From contig CM119371.1 of assembly GCA_051294905.1 (NCBI GenBank), positions 24,492,001-24,556,000 of the forward strand: a stretch of DNA of 64,000 bases. The letters are read 5' to 3'. The position numbers and the translations under genes are program-made. This document shows positions 11,795 to 25,281 of the stretch, piece after piece. The notes beneath the pieces were generated by a model. It was not told where the DNA came from, made no database searches, and saw only the letters and a program-made list of their open reading frames with translations. Numbering within the stretch: the stretch's first letter is position 1; each line of letters starts with the position of its first letter. Origin of the DNA: Botryllus schlosseri (lineage: Eukaryota).

Positions 11795-14700
11795 TCGGCG
11801 TGTCGCTGTACATGATGCACTTTATCGAAAGCATTATTGCTGGTTGAATATTGTCGAATGGTTGTCTATAATGTTAGTTGCATACAAGAATCTCGTAGAT
11901 CTAAGCTTAAGATTTACGTACTCATGCTTGATTTGTTTCCATAGCCTCGACCTTGGGAATCGCTTGTATGCGTCCAAAGAAAATAAGTCGTAAAATGTGG
12001 AAACTGTAGAAACCGTTAGGAATCGCGTACCTGCCGCGAAAAGTTTGTTTAATTGTAACGCCGAGAATTGTGCGCCTACGGCTAGTCCGTTGGCGTTTAG
12101 CGCTGATTAAATTATCCTTATACTCGACATGCAAAGTAAATTTGCAGGTATTGGAATGAATTCAGTTGTAGTGTGCGTTCATATTAGGTCATGAAATGCG
12201 GAGACCTCGGCAATCGAAACCGCGATCTGTCTGCGCTCAAAATCGCATTTTATATGAATTAATAAATTAGTGACGATGTGTAGAATTTTGATATATCATC
12301 ATAGAACCCCGCGCCTAGTTCAACGTTGATGAGTGTTATCTGTGAATATCTGGCAAATATAGTATTCTATTGACATCATAGTTTTCGAAATTTATGTGTA
12401 ATCTGAATGTTATTTATATCCAAAAAAGTAAGTTATTATATTAATATTTTCAAGTCGCAGCGCTTAAAATCGCATTTTATATTAATTAATTAGTGATGAT
12501 ACATTTCAAGTTATTCAATACATATTGCTAAATATACATGGAAAACCGGTATTGAAATTCACAAAACAATGAAATTTGCTCATAAATACACACGATGTGG
12601 CAGTGGCAGGTGACGTGGCAATGGGCATCCTGTAGGCGTGACAATGGGCGGCATATAGGCGTGGCAATTAGGATGACGTGGCGTTCTCTGATTGGTGCGT
12701 ACCAAAAACGGATTATTACACTACTCAGGACAATCAAATTTTCGTTGGTCTTGCAAGCTCACAGTAAATTCCTGCCTAATTTATTTTTTGATGTTGCAAT
12801 TTATTTCGATAATTAACTCGCGGGCCATTGAAAACCTTCTCGCGAGCCACGGGTTGGCTACTCCTGACCGAGATCAAATCTACTCTATGAAACAAATTAC
12901 AAGATTTCTTTCTAACTCAATTTTCTGCTTGTACTGGAAGCAGCTTTTACATGCCTTATAGATCTCTACATACACTCGATTAGAAATTTGATGCTTTGCT
13001 TGGGTTCCAATGCTGATCATCTTCAACATAAAGATACGCGCTAGTCAACATGGATATACGTTGACTGCCTATATTCAGAAATAGTCACGATTTCGTGGCA
13101 AGATGATGGTAAAACCTTGACCAAATTTCCTTCTCAAAATTTCTTGATGACTTATCAACGCAATTTTTTATTTCCGCTTGTAGTTTTAACAGAAATTTGG
13201 GATATTACTATCACCTTGACTATACCTATATTCGGAAATGGCCACTTACGATTACACTCTAAAGAATTCCACAATTCAGGCTAATCCACTTCTTGATGCT
13301 CGTGCAATTTTCTTAATTTTCTATTTCCCCCTGAGCAATCGCTCACTACTGCTACTTGAACTTGATCAGAAATGTATGATATGATGCTACGACTGATTGA
13401 GTACCAACACTAAATTATTTAACCACCTTCGGTTTTTGCAAATTGTATCGAAGCTATTTATTTTACCATCGTTTGCTCTCCAACTTTCTTGCCTGGGCCT
13501 GGCGCCACACTTCGCATTGTTGATGAATGGATTTCGCATCCGGTGCCTGAGAATAGATTCTGATTTTGAACATTGATTTTCGCATATGATAGGTAGGCCT
13601 ACCATTCAACTTACGGAAAATGATATTATACAGGCACCACTTGTTCCGTGCTCTTTTTTGTCAAGTTGAAGCCCATGATGTATTTAAGTACTTCATTATG
13701 TTGACGGTACTCTACACACTTTATAATGCATTCTTCGTGCAGTCTGCTTGACGTGGTCATCACCAACGGCGGACATTGCTGATATCTAGGTAAAAAATCA
13801 GAATGGTTGTATTCAAGTCATCTGACAGTACGCGAAACAAACCGATGCGGGTGCAAGCATGCTGCCTATAGTACATTTACACACTAATCAGTTATCAGGT
13901 TACTGTTGGCGAGAATATTGGCTACTGTGAATCACCCAGAATACGATTACGTCATTAATGGTAATTCGATAATTCATTTTGATAGCCGAGATTCGCTGGG
14001 CGATAAAGGCCAAACTGCGGCTCTGAGTTGAGGGTTTGATTGCGGCACATGCATTTCCTCAACTTGAAGAGGGAGTCAGCATAATCTTAAATAATGCCTT
14101 CTATCACGTTTAGACAATATGCTTTTATATTAACATCAGTTGTCACGCGAGCATTATATATCTGATCACGCCGATTAATGGATTATGCTGACGTTACAAA
14201 GCGATATCATAGTCCAGATGCAGAATAAGGCGCTTGCGCTTTACAATGAACGCAAGCAACCGTGGCATTTGCGCAACAGCGAATATACGGTGTAACTTTA
14301 GTCCGGTGTATACCAGGTCTATTTCAGCACATATTGTCGTTCAAAAGTAATTCAGTATCGAATCAGAGCGAAAAATATTTCCGCCACGCGAATGAAATTT
14401 TTCAATCACGCGAGAAATGTGTCTGTCACGCACAACATGTTGTCGAAAACAACCACCGATTCCAGTCTGGGGTGCGGCTATATATACAGGGTGAATTTGG
14501 CCACGGCAAGAGCGTATCATGTACTACAAAGGGGCATAGTCATTAATAATTAACTACATAATAATCAATCATGGTATCCTATCAAAGTATAACTTGCACT
14601 TGTTCATAATCAATTACTCATATAGGTTGTATATGGGACATACTTTTCAGCAAATGTACTCATTTTATCAGGTTTTTGAAGGAAAAGTCAGCAGAATACT

Positions 14701-17107
14701 TTCAGCAAGAGTTGTTAATTGGGAATAATCCACAATGGCGGCAATCAGTCTCAGGCGCAACCAAACTAGTACAATCCATATAGAGTTAGCCAGTGATCAA
14801 GCAATATATAAATGCCTTATTACATAAATTACTATGGTATGACCGTGCAAATACATGAGATATTTTTATCACTATCTTGAGGAACATTCAGTCTACCGAC
14901 CAGCAAAACATTGCTATTGGAATGAATCAGCAAATAGGTGTTTATGGCGTTTCAATCATACTGCAGCGTGTTCACACTTCACAGTATGGCGTATCTGCAT
15001 TGCAAGAAATAACGAGGCGTAACAAACAATGAGTGTTCTACCGTATATCGATATTGAACACAAACTATCAACGAAAAAGGAGAAGCTAAATTACGCTCAC
15101 AAGAAGTGTATACGGTGGTTAAGTCTATTTACGCATCATTCTATATCATTCTATATATTTGAACTCTTACCATTTCAAACTGTTTCACTGTTGGAGCGGG
15201 GGTAACCCTAAAAGGAGGGAACGCGGAAACTGCGGAAAACGCGGAACTCGCGGAAATGGCCCCTAAAACGCGGAAACTGCGGAAAAAGCGGGAAACCTCG
15301 ATTCCTAAAGCGCTGAAAACAGAGGAAAACGCGGAACGCGGAACAGTCGGTCATTGACCTCTATAGAGCACAAAGTAGGCACTAAAACGAGGAAACAGCG
15401 GAAACGGCGGAACGCGGGACAGTCGGTCATCGACATTTGTAGATCTCATTGAAGGAACTCTAAAGTCTAAAACGAGGAAACTGCGGGACACCAATTTTAG
15501 AGTGAGGCGATTTAGGCCTCATAAATAGCAGAGAACTGTCGTAATAGTTGAAAATTGAAATTAATAGGTATCTGAGGGTCAGACAGTCGTTCACTAACAA
15601 TACACCTGGCCTCGCGGACAATACCTTGAAAACGCGGGAGCTGCGGGACACCCTAATTTTCGAGTATAAGGCAGATTTAACCTCACAAACGACCGCAAAC
15701 TGTCGTGATAGTTATAAATCGAACTTATGAAGTATTTGAGGGTTAAGCCTTCGGCCACTGACCCTAATAGACGCTGAACATAGCCTGGCGGAATATATAT
15801 AGAAAACGCGGAAACTGCGAACACCTTAATTTTCGAAAACAACGCAGATTTAACCTCACCACACCATCGGCCGCGAACTGTCGTGATAGTTAAAAATCGA
15901 ACTTATGAAGTATCTGAGGGTTACACATTTCGGTCACTAACGATTATACACGCGCAGCGTGGCCTCGTGGCAAACATCTAGAAACCGCGGGACACAAATG
16001 TTCGAGTATAAGGCAAATGATGCCTCAAATGGCAGAGGGCTGTCGTATAAAGTTAAAAATTGAACTTATCAAGTATCTGCGGGTCAAACATTCGTTCGCT
16101 AACGATTATACAATACACGCCCAGCATATGGCCTCGTGGCAAATATCTAGAAACCGCGGGACACCCTAAATTTCGAGTTTAAGACAAGTTTGACCTCACA
16201 ATAAGGGCCGAGAACTGTCGTAATAGGTGAAAATTGAAAATATACGAGGTATCTGATGGTTAAACATTGGGTCACTTAGCCTTGTAAGCGCTGAACATGA
16301 CCTGGTGGAAAGTATATAGAAAGCGCGGAAACTGCGGAGCACCCTAAATTTCGAGTATAAGACGAATCTGGCGTCACAAATGGCCGAGAGCTGTCGGAAA
16401 ATAGTTAAAAATTGAGCTTATTGAGTTATCTGATTGTTAAACATCGGGAACTTAGCCTTGTAAACGCTGAACATGGCCTGGTGGAAAATATCTAGAAACT
16501 GCGGAACACCCTAAATTTCGAGTATAAGGTGAATTAGGCCCCATAAACACCAGAGGACTGTCGTACAAAAGTTAAAAACTGAACGTATGAAGTGTCCGAT
16601 GATCAAACATTCGGTCACTGACCATTATTATACATTCACGAACAATCTGCCCTCGTGGAAAATATATGATCTAGTAAACGTGGAAACTGCGGGGACTCAA
16701 ATTTTACCGAATACATATATAATAACACCCACGGAAGTATTGTAATCGGAAGAAAACATGAACAAGTTGTTATTATCGAGCATCAATTCTCGATGATCGG
16801 GAGTCGAATATACGAGCAATATGAATTTCTATATTTGTGGTTGCCCTTGTCATTTCATAGTGCTAGATCTTGACATAGGCTACGTCGGTTTTTTTTTCTC
16901 GCTCAGTGTTAAACTGTTCTGAGCGTGGGTGAATGCATGCATGTTTTTTTATTACATGACCTTCAATTGTGTTTTGCGTTTATGATACTACCGGTTGATG
17001 ATTTGGTTACTTTAATAATTCGTTTCACCTCTTTGCGCATTAATATTTTTCGCCATTTTACCAGTCTTAGATACATCTAATTTAAGCGTTTAATAGGAAT
17101 AGCATGG

Positions 17108-17529
17108 AGGGAGTTGCATTTAAAACAAACACGTTTAAAACAAGGCCTTTGGTTGAAACATGTATTTTATTGTTTTTTTAAGCCATGACGTCGCGAATAT
17201 TCAATTGTGATGTCATAGTGGAATCACATTGGTAATTGAAAATATAGATTTAATATAGCTCCTTTGACGAAATATATGTACACTATTGCTGTTGAACCGA
17301 CTTTTCTGAGGGGTCCAACCGTTCCATATCGATATACGTCGGCTATTTCTGGTGGTTATTATCCGTAAGCTCGTACAACATGCTTTCTGGAAAGTATATT
17401 TACACAATTATGGCATAATTGTACAACTTGAAAAACACAAATTTTTTTAAAGACTTTTGTTTAAAACACTGTTGCAAACATGTATTAAACGAAGTGTTTT
17501 ATAACACCGTTTATTTTAAATCCATCCCT
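17108..17529. mobile_element. ~420-bp MITE-like repeat; second copy at ~37364-37768
   Basis: Imperfect TIR GTTGCATTTAAAA...TTTTAAATCCATCCC; colinear similarity to the 37.4-37.8 kb copy. TSD not clear. Confidence 0.65.
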
Positions 17530-18619
17530 AGTTGGAGAAGAGTCGCTGCCGAAGGGGTTGGTTGGTTCATTGGCTGGCTTCAGGGCTTGGCTGGCTTGTT
17601 GGTGGGAGTTGGCAGTTCATTCCTCGACAGAACGACGTTCTGGAGTGCCGAGACGTCGAGAGTTCATCTAGGCTCCAACTCCCTTAAAAGGTCGCTGCTG
17701 TGAAGGAAGAATAGCATAGCACTAATACATTACACCGAGCCAGTTGGGGAAGCCAGTGGCGCAGTTATCGCTGATTGCTGGTTGGATCACTGGCGTAGCC
17801 AGAGAGGTGCGATCGCTCTCCCCCTAAATTTCTGGAAAGTTTTCCTAAAATCAATAAATATATCAGTATTTGGGGGCAGATGAATACAACCTGAAAAATA
17901 TGTCCACGCTTCGCGCGATTTAGTGTCCAACATACACGTCTTGATTTTCTTATCGGTATCCCGAAAAAAATTCCTTCGTAAATACCCATAATTGAATTTA
18001 GCTGCATTTACATGAGAATACAACAGTACCAGTATGGATACACGCGATTATCCCAAGGTCGCTGGTTTGATTGAGTCTAGGGGTGTCAGTTCAGTATATG
18101 GGGGTTGGGGACTGTTAGTTACGGCAATTTCCGTACCGGGACACACGAAGACATTTAAAGTAGGCTACATGAGACTCCGCAGTGCACTGTCAAAATGATT
18201 GACAACTAAAAAACCGACGCATGCAGCATTCCGAAGCCTTCTATATAGATTTTCGGGTGCTTAAATGGCTGGCGCCTGATGATCCTGTCCCGGCAATCAG
18301 ACCCCTCCGGCATAAATGCGACTGGCACACCTCCCGTTAAAAAGTGCTAATTTGGAATCGCACGAGTCTGATCAAAGGAGTTTTTTTAATTTCGACTGGT
18401 ATATATCAGCAATTCCAATCTTTAAAGTAGGCCATAGCGTTAACTTTTATCAGGAGTTTGCTAAATAACCGCGTGCTTCAACGAAATAGGCATAATTACT
18501 GTAATCCACTGGCTCATATACACGCACCAATATTATTCATCAAAGTCTTTCTTTTATTTAAAAACATTCATCGAATTTTTCGCCCCCCCCCCCCTCCCCC
18601 AAATATTTCTTGTGGCTAC

Positions 18620-18892
18620 GTCCTTGGTTTCGAGTCTCGTCTCTGCCATGTTTTGATGTGTTGGAGGTTTATCTGGGTTCCTCATCGCCAATACCGCTGT
18701 AAATGTAGCGCCTTCACATGTCCAGAAGGGAAGAGAGAGCCGAACTCAAGAAAGATGGCGGCAGATACCAGAAAAAAGTACGCAAGAATGCGGCAAAGAT
18801 ATCAAAAGACACGAATTTATGAAATTACTCTCCGGGCGCAAATGACCTAGGAGTTAATATGCGTCAATTGTGTTAATAAAACAAACAAACAA
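18620..18892 (+). mobile_element. SINE of a related subfamily (shared core, (AAAC)n tail)
   Basis: Shares TGTTGGAGGTTTATCT-GG-TCCTC-TCGCC with the SINEs at 24.0 and 35.2 kb; ends in AAACAAACAAACAA. Confidence 0.55.
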
Positions 18893-19278
18893 CACCGGGC
18901 CAATAATGTCGTGATTTTCGAATGCGAGTAGTGGGGGATTCACGGTATACCGAAGAATCGTGCCTCACACCGTGAATCCTGGTTCGATTCCGCGTCGGAG
19001 TTTATTCTGTGCTTCATTGCCTCGCAGACCAGGTGAAAGAGCGCACTCACAAGGGATGGAAAAGCATCAAGAAAGAGGTGCGAGAAAACGAACTGTGACA
19101 TCGGGCACTAGGCTAGGATATATAACGGTTATTTTCAGGGATATGTTTCGGGTTGGGGTTAGTTTGGGGGTTATATAAAGTCACAGCATGCTGAAATGAT
19201 GCATGCTAAAGTGTCCTATGTTCAACTGTCGTTTTCGATTATGTTGCATGCTCAATGCTCATATGTCGGGCTATCATA

Positions 19279-19795
19279 TAGGGCTGGGCACAATGATTCG
19301 AGTACTCGAATCTGAATCGAGTATTAATTTCAATGATGCGAGTCGTGTAGCAAAATATGATTTTTTTGAGTACTAAAATTATACGCTTCTCGCCACTGAA
19401 AATTAATTTATCAACGAGAATTATAGTTTCGATACTGATTTTCACTGTTGAAGCCTTGAAACCTTGATCAGCGGTATCGTAACATACGAAATCGATGGTA
19501 CAAAGCTACGAAGGTTACTGGACGTAGCACATTTCCGAAGTCATGATTATCCCACAACATTGTAACCAAGTGGAATGAAACCGGTATGGTCGAAAAAATA
19601 CCAAAGTATCTTTTATGAGATGGATAACTGACATTTTATTCTTTGTGGTGGCATAAATGGTACATATTCGAGCTTTGACGTATTGTATTCTGTTATGACG
19701 TCATAATGAGTGATACTCGATTACTCGACTCGACTCGAAGCATATTACGTGATTCAGAATCGATTCACTCAGGTACTCGATTTTGCCCAGCCCTA
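19279..19795. mobile_element. MITE (TAGGGCTGGGCA termini)
   Basis: TIR TAGGGCTGGGCA / TGCCCAGCCCTA; 6-bp duplication ATCATA on both sides. Confidence 0.7.
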
Positions 19796-21285
19796 ATCAT
19801 ACATAGGGAAGATGTGGTACCAACGAGACACTGCATGGGACCGAAAATACTCGAAAATTTATCTGTGATAATCCCATGATTACAGTACGCGAATTTGTCC
19901 ACAATGGCATGCTGGCAGAATCGAGTCAAGTCAAGTCATACGAAAAAGTTCACTGGAGTCTGACTCGAGTCAAGTCATGACTCGAGTCATCCCGACACTG
20001 CCCTGTTTACCGTCTATTAGGGTCAGTGACCCAATGTTTACCCATCAGATTACTCATAAGCTCAATTTTTAACTATTACGGCAGTTCTCGGCCATTTGTG
20101 AGGCCAAATTCGTGTTATACTCGAAATTCGGGGTGTCCCGCAGTTTCCGCGTTTTTTTTAGATATTTTTCACCAGGCCATGTTCAGCGCTTACAAGGCTA
20201 AGTGACCAAATGTTTAGCCATCAGATACCTCGTATATTTTCAATTTTCACCTATTACGACAGTTTTCGGCCATTTGTGAGGCCAAACTCGTCTTATACTG
20301 GAAATGTAGGGTGTCCCGCGGTTTCTAGATATTTGCCACGAGGCCATATGCTGGGCGTGTATAATCGTCAGTGAACGAATGTTTGACCCGCAGATACTTA
20401 ATAAGTTCAATTTTTAACTTTATACGACAGTCCTCTGCCATTTGAGGCATAATTTGCCTCATACTCGAACATTTGTGTCCCGCGGTTTCCGCGGTTTCTA
20501 GATGTTTGCCACGAGGCAACGCTGCGCGTGTATAATCGTTAGTGACCGAAATGTGTAATCCTCAGATACTTCATAAGTTCGAATTTTAACTATCACGGCA
20601 GTTCGCGGCCGATGGTGTGGAGAGGTTAAATCTGCGTTGTATTCGAAAATTTAGGTGTTCGCAGTTTCCGCGTTTTCTTATATTCCGCCAGGCTATATTC
20701 AGCGTCTATTAGGGTCAGTGGCCGAAGGCTTAACCCTCAGATACTTCATAAGTTCGATTTATAACTATCACGACGGTTTGCGGTCGTTTGTGAGGTTAAA
20801 TCTGCCTTATACTCGAAAATTAGGGTGTCCCGCCGCTCCCGCGTTTTCAAGGTATTGTCCGCGAGGCCAGGTGTATTGTTAGTGAACGACTGTCTGACTC
20901 TCAGATACCAATTAATTTCAATTTTCAACTATTACGACAGTTCTCTGCTATTTATGAGGCCTAAATCGCCTCACTCTAAAATTGATGTCCCGCAGGTTCC
21001 TCGCTTTAGACTTTAGAGTTCCTTCAATGAGATCTACAAATGTCGATGACCGACTGTCCCGCGTTCCGCCATTTCCGCTGTTTCCTCGTTTTAGTGCCTA
21101 CTTTGTGCTCTATAGAGGTCAATGACCGACTGTTCCGCGTTCCGCGTTTTCCTCTGTTTTCAGCGCTTTAGGAATCGAGGTTTCCCGCTTTTTCCGCAGT
21201 TTCCGCGTTTTAGGGGCCATTTCCGCGAGTTCCGCGTTTTCCGCAGTTTCCGCGTTCCCTCCTTTTAGGGTTACCCTTGGAGCGG

Positions 21286-21690
21286 TTCGGGTAGAGTTTC
21301 TGAATCAACAACACTAACAACAGACAGCAAGTCTTCAGCTTTCGCTTCGTACAGCTTCTCAATCTAATCAATGACTATAATGACTGTTTTGTCTGCGTCC
21401 ATTATATCTAAGAAACTCGTCGCATCAGTCACACAGACATCAACTCAGATTCAAATGCCAGAAGCACGCGCCGTCGCGCTGCACTGAGCAGGTATCACGT
21501 GACGGAGAAGGAAGAAGGCTGTCTGGGCCGCGATTGTTGAGATACCAGACTTGACGTGTTGTGTGCTACGAATGGTCAATTGGTCATGGCGTATCATGCT
21601 TACTGAATCACGTTGTGATGCAACCACATGCATCACAATTTCACCTTGATGCTCACATTTGTTCTTGTATTTCACCATATTGGGATAGTA
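21286..21690 (-). pseudogene. Decayed coding frame with P-loop NTPase-like motifs, interrupted by the Foldback-like element
   Basis: One frame reads ...TQHVKSGISTIAAQTAFFLLRH...GI*I*VDVCVTDATSFLDIMDADKTVIIVID*IEKLYEAKAEDLL...ETLPEPLQ. It resumes left of the TSD (Q*NSLK, then a GTAAG donor near 15170). Confidence 0.35.
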
Positions 21691-23608
21691 TACATATTCA
21701 GAACACGTATTTCGCCATGATGTGCACTGTGCAGTTGTGCAGTTGCACGCCTGGGTCCTGCTATATGCCTCTTTAGGCCTATAGTTCAGCTTATTAACAA
21801 TTTCATTAAATCAATACAAAGCAGGATTGCGATATATTAAAAAAAAACAGTACACCAATAAATGGCTATATAGCCTATATGTCTTACGATTTTGTCCGCG
21901 AGATGTGCATGTGCATCCCACGTGGGGATGAATAATGATAATATGCCATTTTGAACAGAGAGAGAGAGAGAGTCTTTATTTTGAACAAGCCAGCAGGACT
22001 CCATGAAAACGATATCCAAGTAGGGGCATCCTGATGAACTCCCATGTACGTGGCATCCAGGTGACTGACTACCATGACATCCTCTGGAATATTCATTGGT
22101 GACGGGAATAGGAAGATTCTAAAAATTTCTTCCACTTGAAGTCACCTGGAGTTACATAACTGGACGTCCAATTTGTGACAAACTGAGCAAGTCCTCAGTA
22201 ACTAACCTTGGGAGGTGGGACGAGTTGGAACAATTGTGGACATACCAGTAAATCCATGGGATATCGGGTGTTTGCTGGGAATTTACCAACTCGAAATCTC
22301 ACTCGCGCTACAAGTGAAGCTGAATTGTATCCGAATATGATAATTTACCACCGCTCAGCGCCAAACTGACTCTGTATAACAATATTACGCATGCGCGGTA
22401 TTTCAGAATGGTATAATGTCATTATCAGCAAATATTTCACAAACTTAATCGTTTACACGAATCAAAGCTAAAGTTGAAACGACAATATCAAGGTTTGAAA
22501 CCTTACAACTCGATCAGTGATTTTTTATTCAACTGTAAAATAAGTTAATATTCTGTAAGACACAACAATTATTGCTCGGGTAATGTGACATTGAGATTAC
22601 CAAATTGTATATTGAGAATACGAGATTTGAATGTTTGACTAGTGATAGACTGAAAAATATCTCACAAGTGAATCCATGTGTTATAATGCAGGCTATCGTG
22701 ATACAAACAAATTCAATACGGAATACCTATTAACCAATTGGCCCCCAACCCGAGATTCGAGTGTTCGATCAGTGCTCGATAAAAATTATTTTCATGTATA
22801 CCAACTCTTGCGTTGTGGTGAAGGGTGTTACGATATGAGCAAAGTTTTAATAAACACCATTATCAGCACCCCGATTGAGAAAAAACTTGATTCGTATTTA
22901 TGAAAAGTGTTTGATTGGGAATTTATCTATTTCTCACAATCCCGCCACTGTTCTTGAGGAATGGTATTATATGATTATTAAATAATATTTCACAAACTCA
23001 ACCCTAATCGTAAGACTTGAGAGAAATCACGTACTCGCTTGATGATAACACGCATGCGACAAAAAACATCACCGCGATTTTGTAAACTGATCATACTAAT
23101 CAGGGTATTTACCATCATGCTTCTAGAATAGGATTGACTACTAAAGGTAAATTCAGATAATCCAAAATGAAATATCTCAACTTTGACATAGTCTGAATTG
23201 AAATAGATTGACAAGCATACCTACCAACTTTCACCCACTCACATTTCAAAATTATGCACACATTGATTTAAAACAACTAATGTAACATTACAACTATATT
23301 CCCGATCCAGCTTTCCGTTTATCAAAGAGACATTTTAACATCTTACCATACTCAAAAGAATTATTCACAACATTAACAAGTGTTTAAAATCTAGTTTTCA
23401 CTTACTTGGCTATATCACTACAACTCGCAAACTTGAATTAATTCATCCTTGTGGTATTCGTATGACCGATAATTTTTATTCAACTGTAAAAGTCGTTACT
23501 AATCTATGACACAAAGTAATCACTACTCGGAAAATCTAGTTTTCACTTACTTGACTATATCACTACAACTCGCAAACTTGAATTAATTCATCCTGATGGT
23601 ATTCGTAT

Positions 23609-25281
23609 CAGACATGGGGTGATTACTTCATGAATGTAATCGATTGCGATTACGATTACTTCTAAAGGACGCGATTACGATTACGATTACGATTACAGCA
23701 AAATCAGGAAGTAGTCGATTACGATTACGATTACATTGGAAAAGTAATCACGATTACTCACGATTACATTTATTTTGCATCTTACAGGAATGTTGGAAGA
23801 CAATACATGGATGACAATTTGTTTGTGCGTCTCACGAAAGTTTTTCTTTTAGTCTTCTACGTTTGAGCCACTACAATATATTTTGATTATATAACAAACC
23901 GGAGGTCACGAATTAAGAACATGCACTAAAGTAATTATAACAAGAAACCAGAGGTCATAATTATGAATTACGTTCCCCCAGCTCTACAGGTAGGTAATTG
24001 TGTGTCGAGATAGCGCAGTGTTATAGTCCATGGTTGCGGGTTCGAGTCTGACCGAGGTCGACTTCAGAATTCCTACCTAAGTGTTGGAGGTTTATCTAGG
24101 CTCCTCCTCGCCGCCTCATCCGCGTAAGCGGTGTCTTACAAAAAGCTTAGAAATGGCCTATGCTACAAGTCGGGAGATACCGAATCAAAAATGCAGAAAA
24201 TCGGCCTGGTGTAAATGACCGTTGTAGTCGACAAACACCATGATTACCTCAAACAAATAAACTCTACATGTATATCTGACCATTGGGGGGCTGAGAGAGG
24301 ATTGAAAATTATTGACGAAACTCTTCAACTTGAGATTACCACCCTATGGAGGCCAAAGACTAACGTTTGGGCTGGGCCGCGGGGGGACGAATTGGTCCTG
24401 ATTCCAGCTACAACCCACGCTAACATGGTATATAAGCCCATGGCGGCAGGTCCAAATGTCGAATAAAAAATTATGAAATAACGATTGGCGCCCGTCTCAA
24501 GTAGGAGTCATATGATAAGGCGAAGTGAACATAAAATTCTGCCTTCAACTTAATACAGATATTGTACTGCAAGCTGCCGTTACGAGAAACGGCAAAAACG
24601 GCTCGATTATGATATATATAGCACCAGCTGATGATTTTTACTGCTTTGTTGTGGAAACGGCAATGTTTTAATTGACGAGTTCAAATCTTTGACAGGTGTA
24701 CGACTGTACGTACGTACTGGATAGGCCTACTGCTCGCCAAGCAGCAACGGTCAAATTGCGTTTAAGCATAACCAAATATCAACTTCAACACACAAGTCAC
24801 TATTTTAAACTAGGCAGAGCGGGAATAAATTATACTGCTGTGAGGTAGTGGCGTGTGGAACGTGTTTATAACCTAATATACAGCACGACGCGTGTTCTTA
24901 CAATCACACTAATGTACGACGTACGTACATCGAATATCTATTTACTGTGGACACTTTTTACACAATGACGCGCAAAGTTAATGGGCTGCTTCTGACGTAA
25001 TAATGAGCAGGGGCATTTGAAAATCAGACGTTTGTGCTGTCACGAACCTGGTATAATATATTTTCCTTGTTCACGAATGTTCAGTTTATGTGATAGTCCT
25101 TGTACAAATAAAAAGTAATCGTTCTTTCACAGAAAAATCGATTAGATATGCGAAGTAGTCGATTACGATTACGATTACTTCGGAATTTTTTCGAATGTAA
25201 TCGATTGCGATTACGATTACTTGAAAATGCTGTAATCGTCGTAATCGATTACGATTACTAATCACGATTACCCCATGTCTG
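23609..25281. mobile_element. Non-autonomous hAT element with (GATTAC)n subterminal repeats; left arm only
   Basis: TIR CAGACATGGGGT / ACCCCATGTCTG; 8-bp TSD ATTCGTAT (23601-23608, 25282-25289). Confidence 0.9.
24003..24262 (+). mobile_element. tRNA-derived SINE nested in the hAT element
   Basis: A-box-like TAGCGCAGTG and B-box GGTTCGAGTC; body matches the 35229-35507 copy. Confidence 0.8.

Larger units (their letters stand above)
15200..21276. mobile_element. Foldback-like Mutator/MULE-type element with ~1.3-kb modular TIRs, non-autonomous
   Basis: Termini GGGTAACCCTAAAAGG / CCTTTTAGGGTTACCC; 9-bp TSD TTGGAGCGG (15191-15199, 21277-21285). Arms ~15200-16460 and ~20020-21276 are built of short GCGGAAA motifs, then ~125-bp subrepeats. 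No transposase ORF seen. Confidence 0.85.

Noticed and set aside
12880..13790. Possible minus-strand exons (e.g. YQQCPPLVM...EQVVPV*)
   Set aside because: Splice-like signals are present, but the frames contain stops and no recognisable domain.
18930..19000. tRNA-Val-like segment (GCCTCACAC...GGTTCGATTCC)
   Set aside because: The acceptor and D stems do not pair convincingly; more likely a decayed SINE head than a tRNA gene.
15460..21016. Duplicated 60-82-aa ORFs at 15.5-15.8 kb and 20.7-21.0 kb
   Set aside because: Chance ORFs in the Foldback TIR subrepeats; their similarity is only that of the inverted arms.
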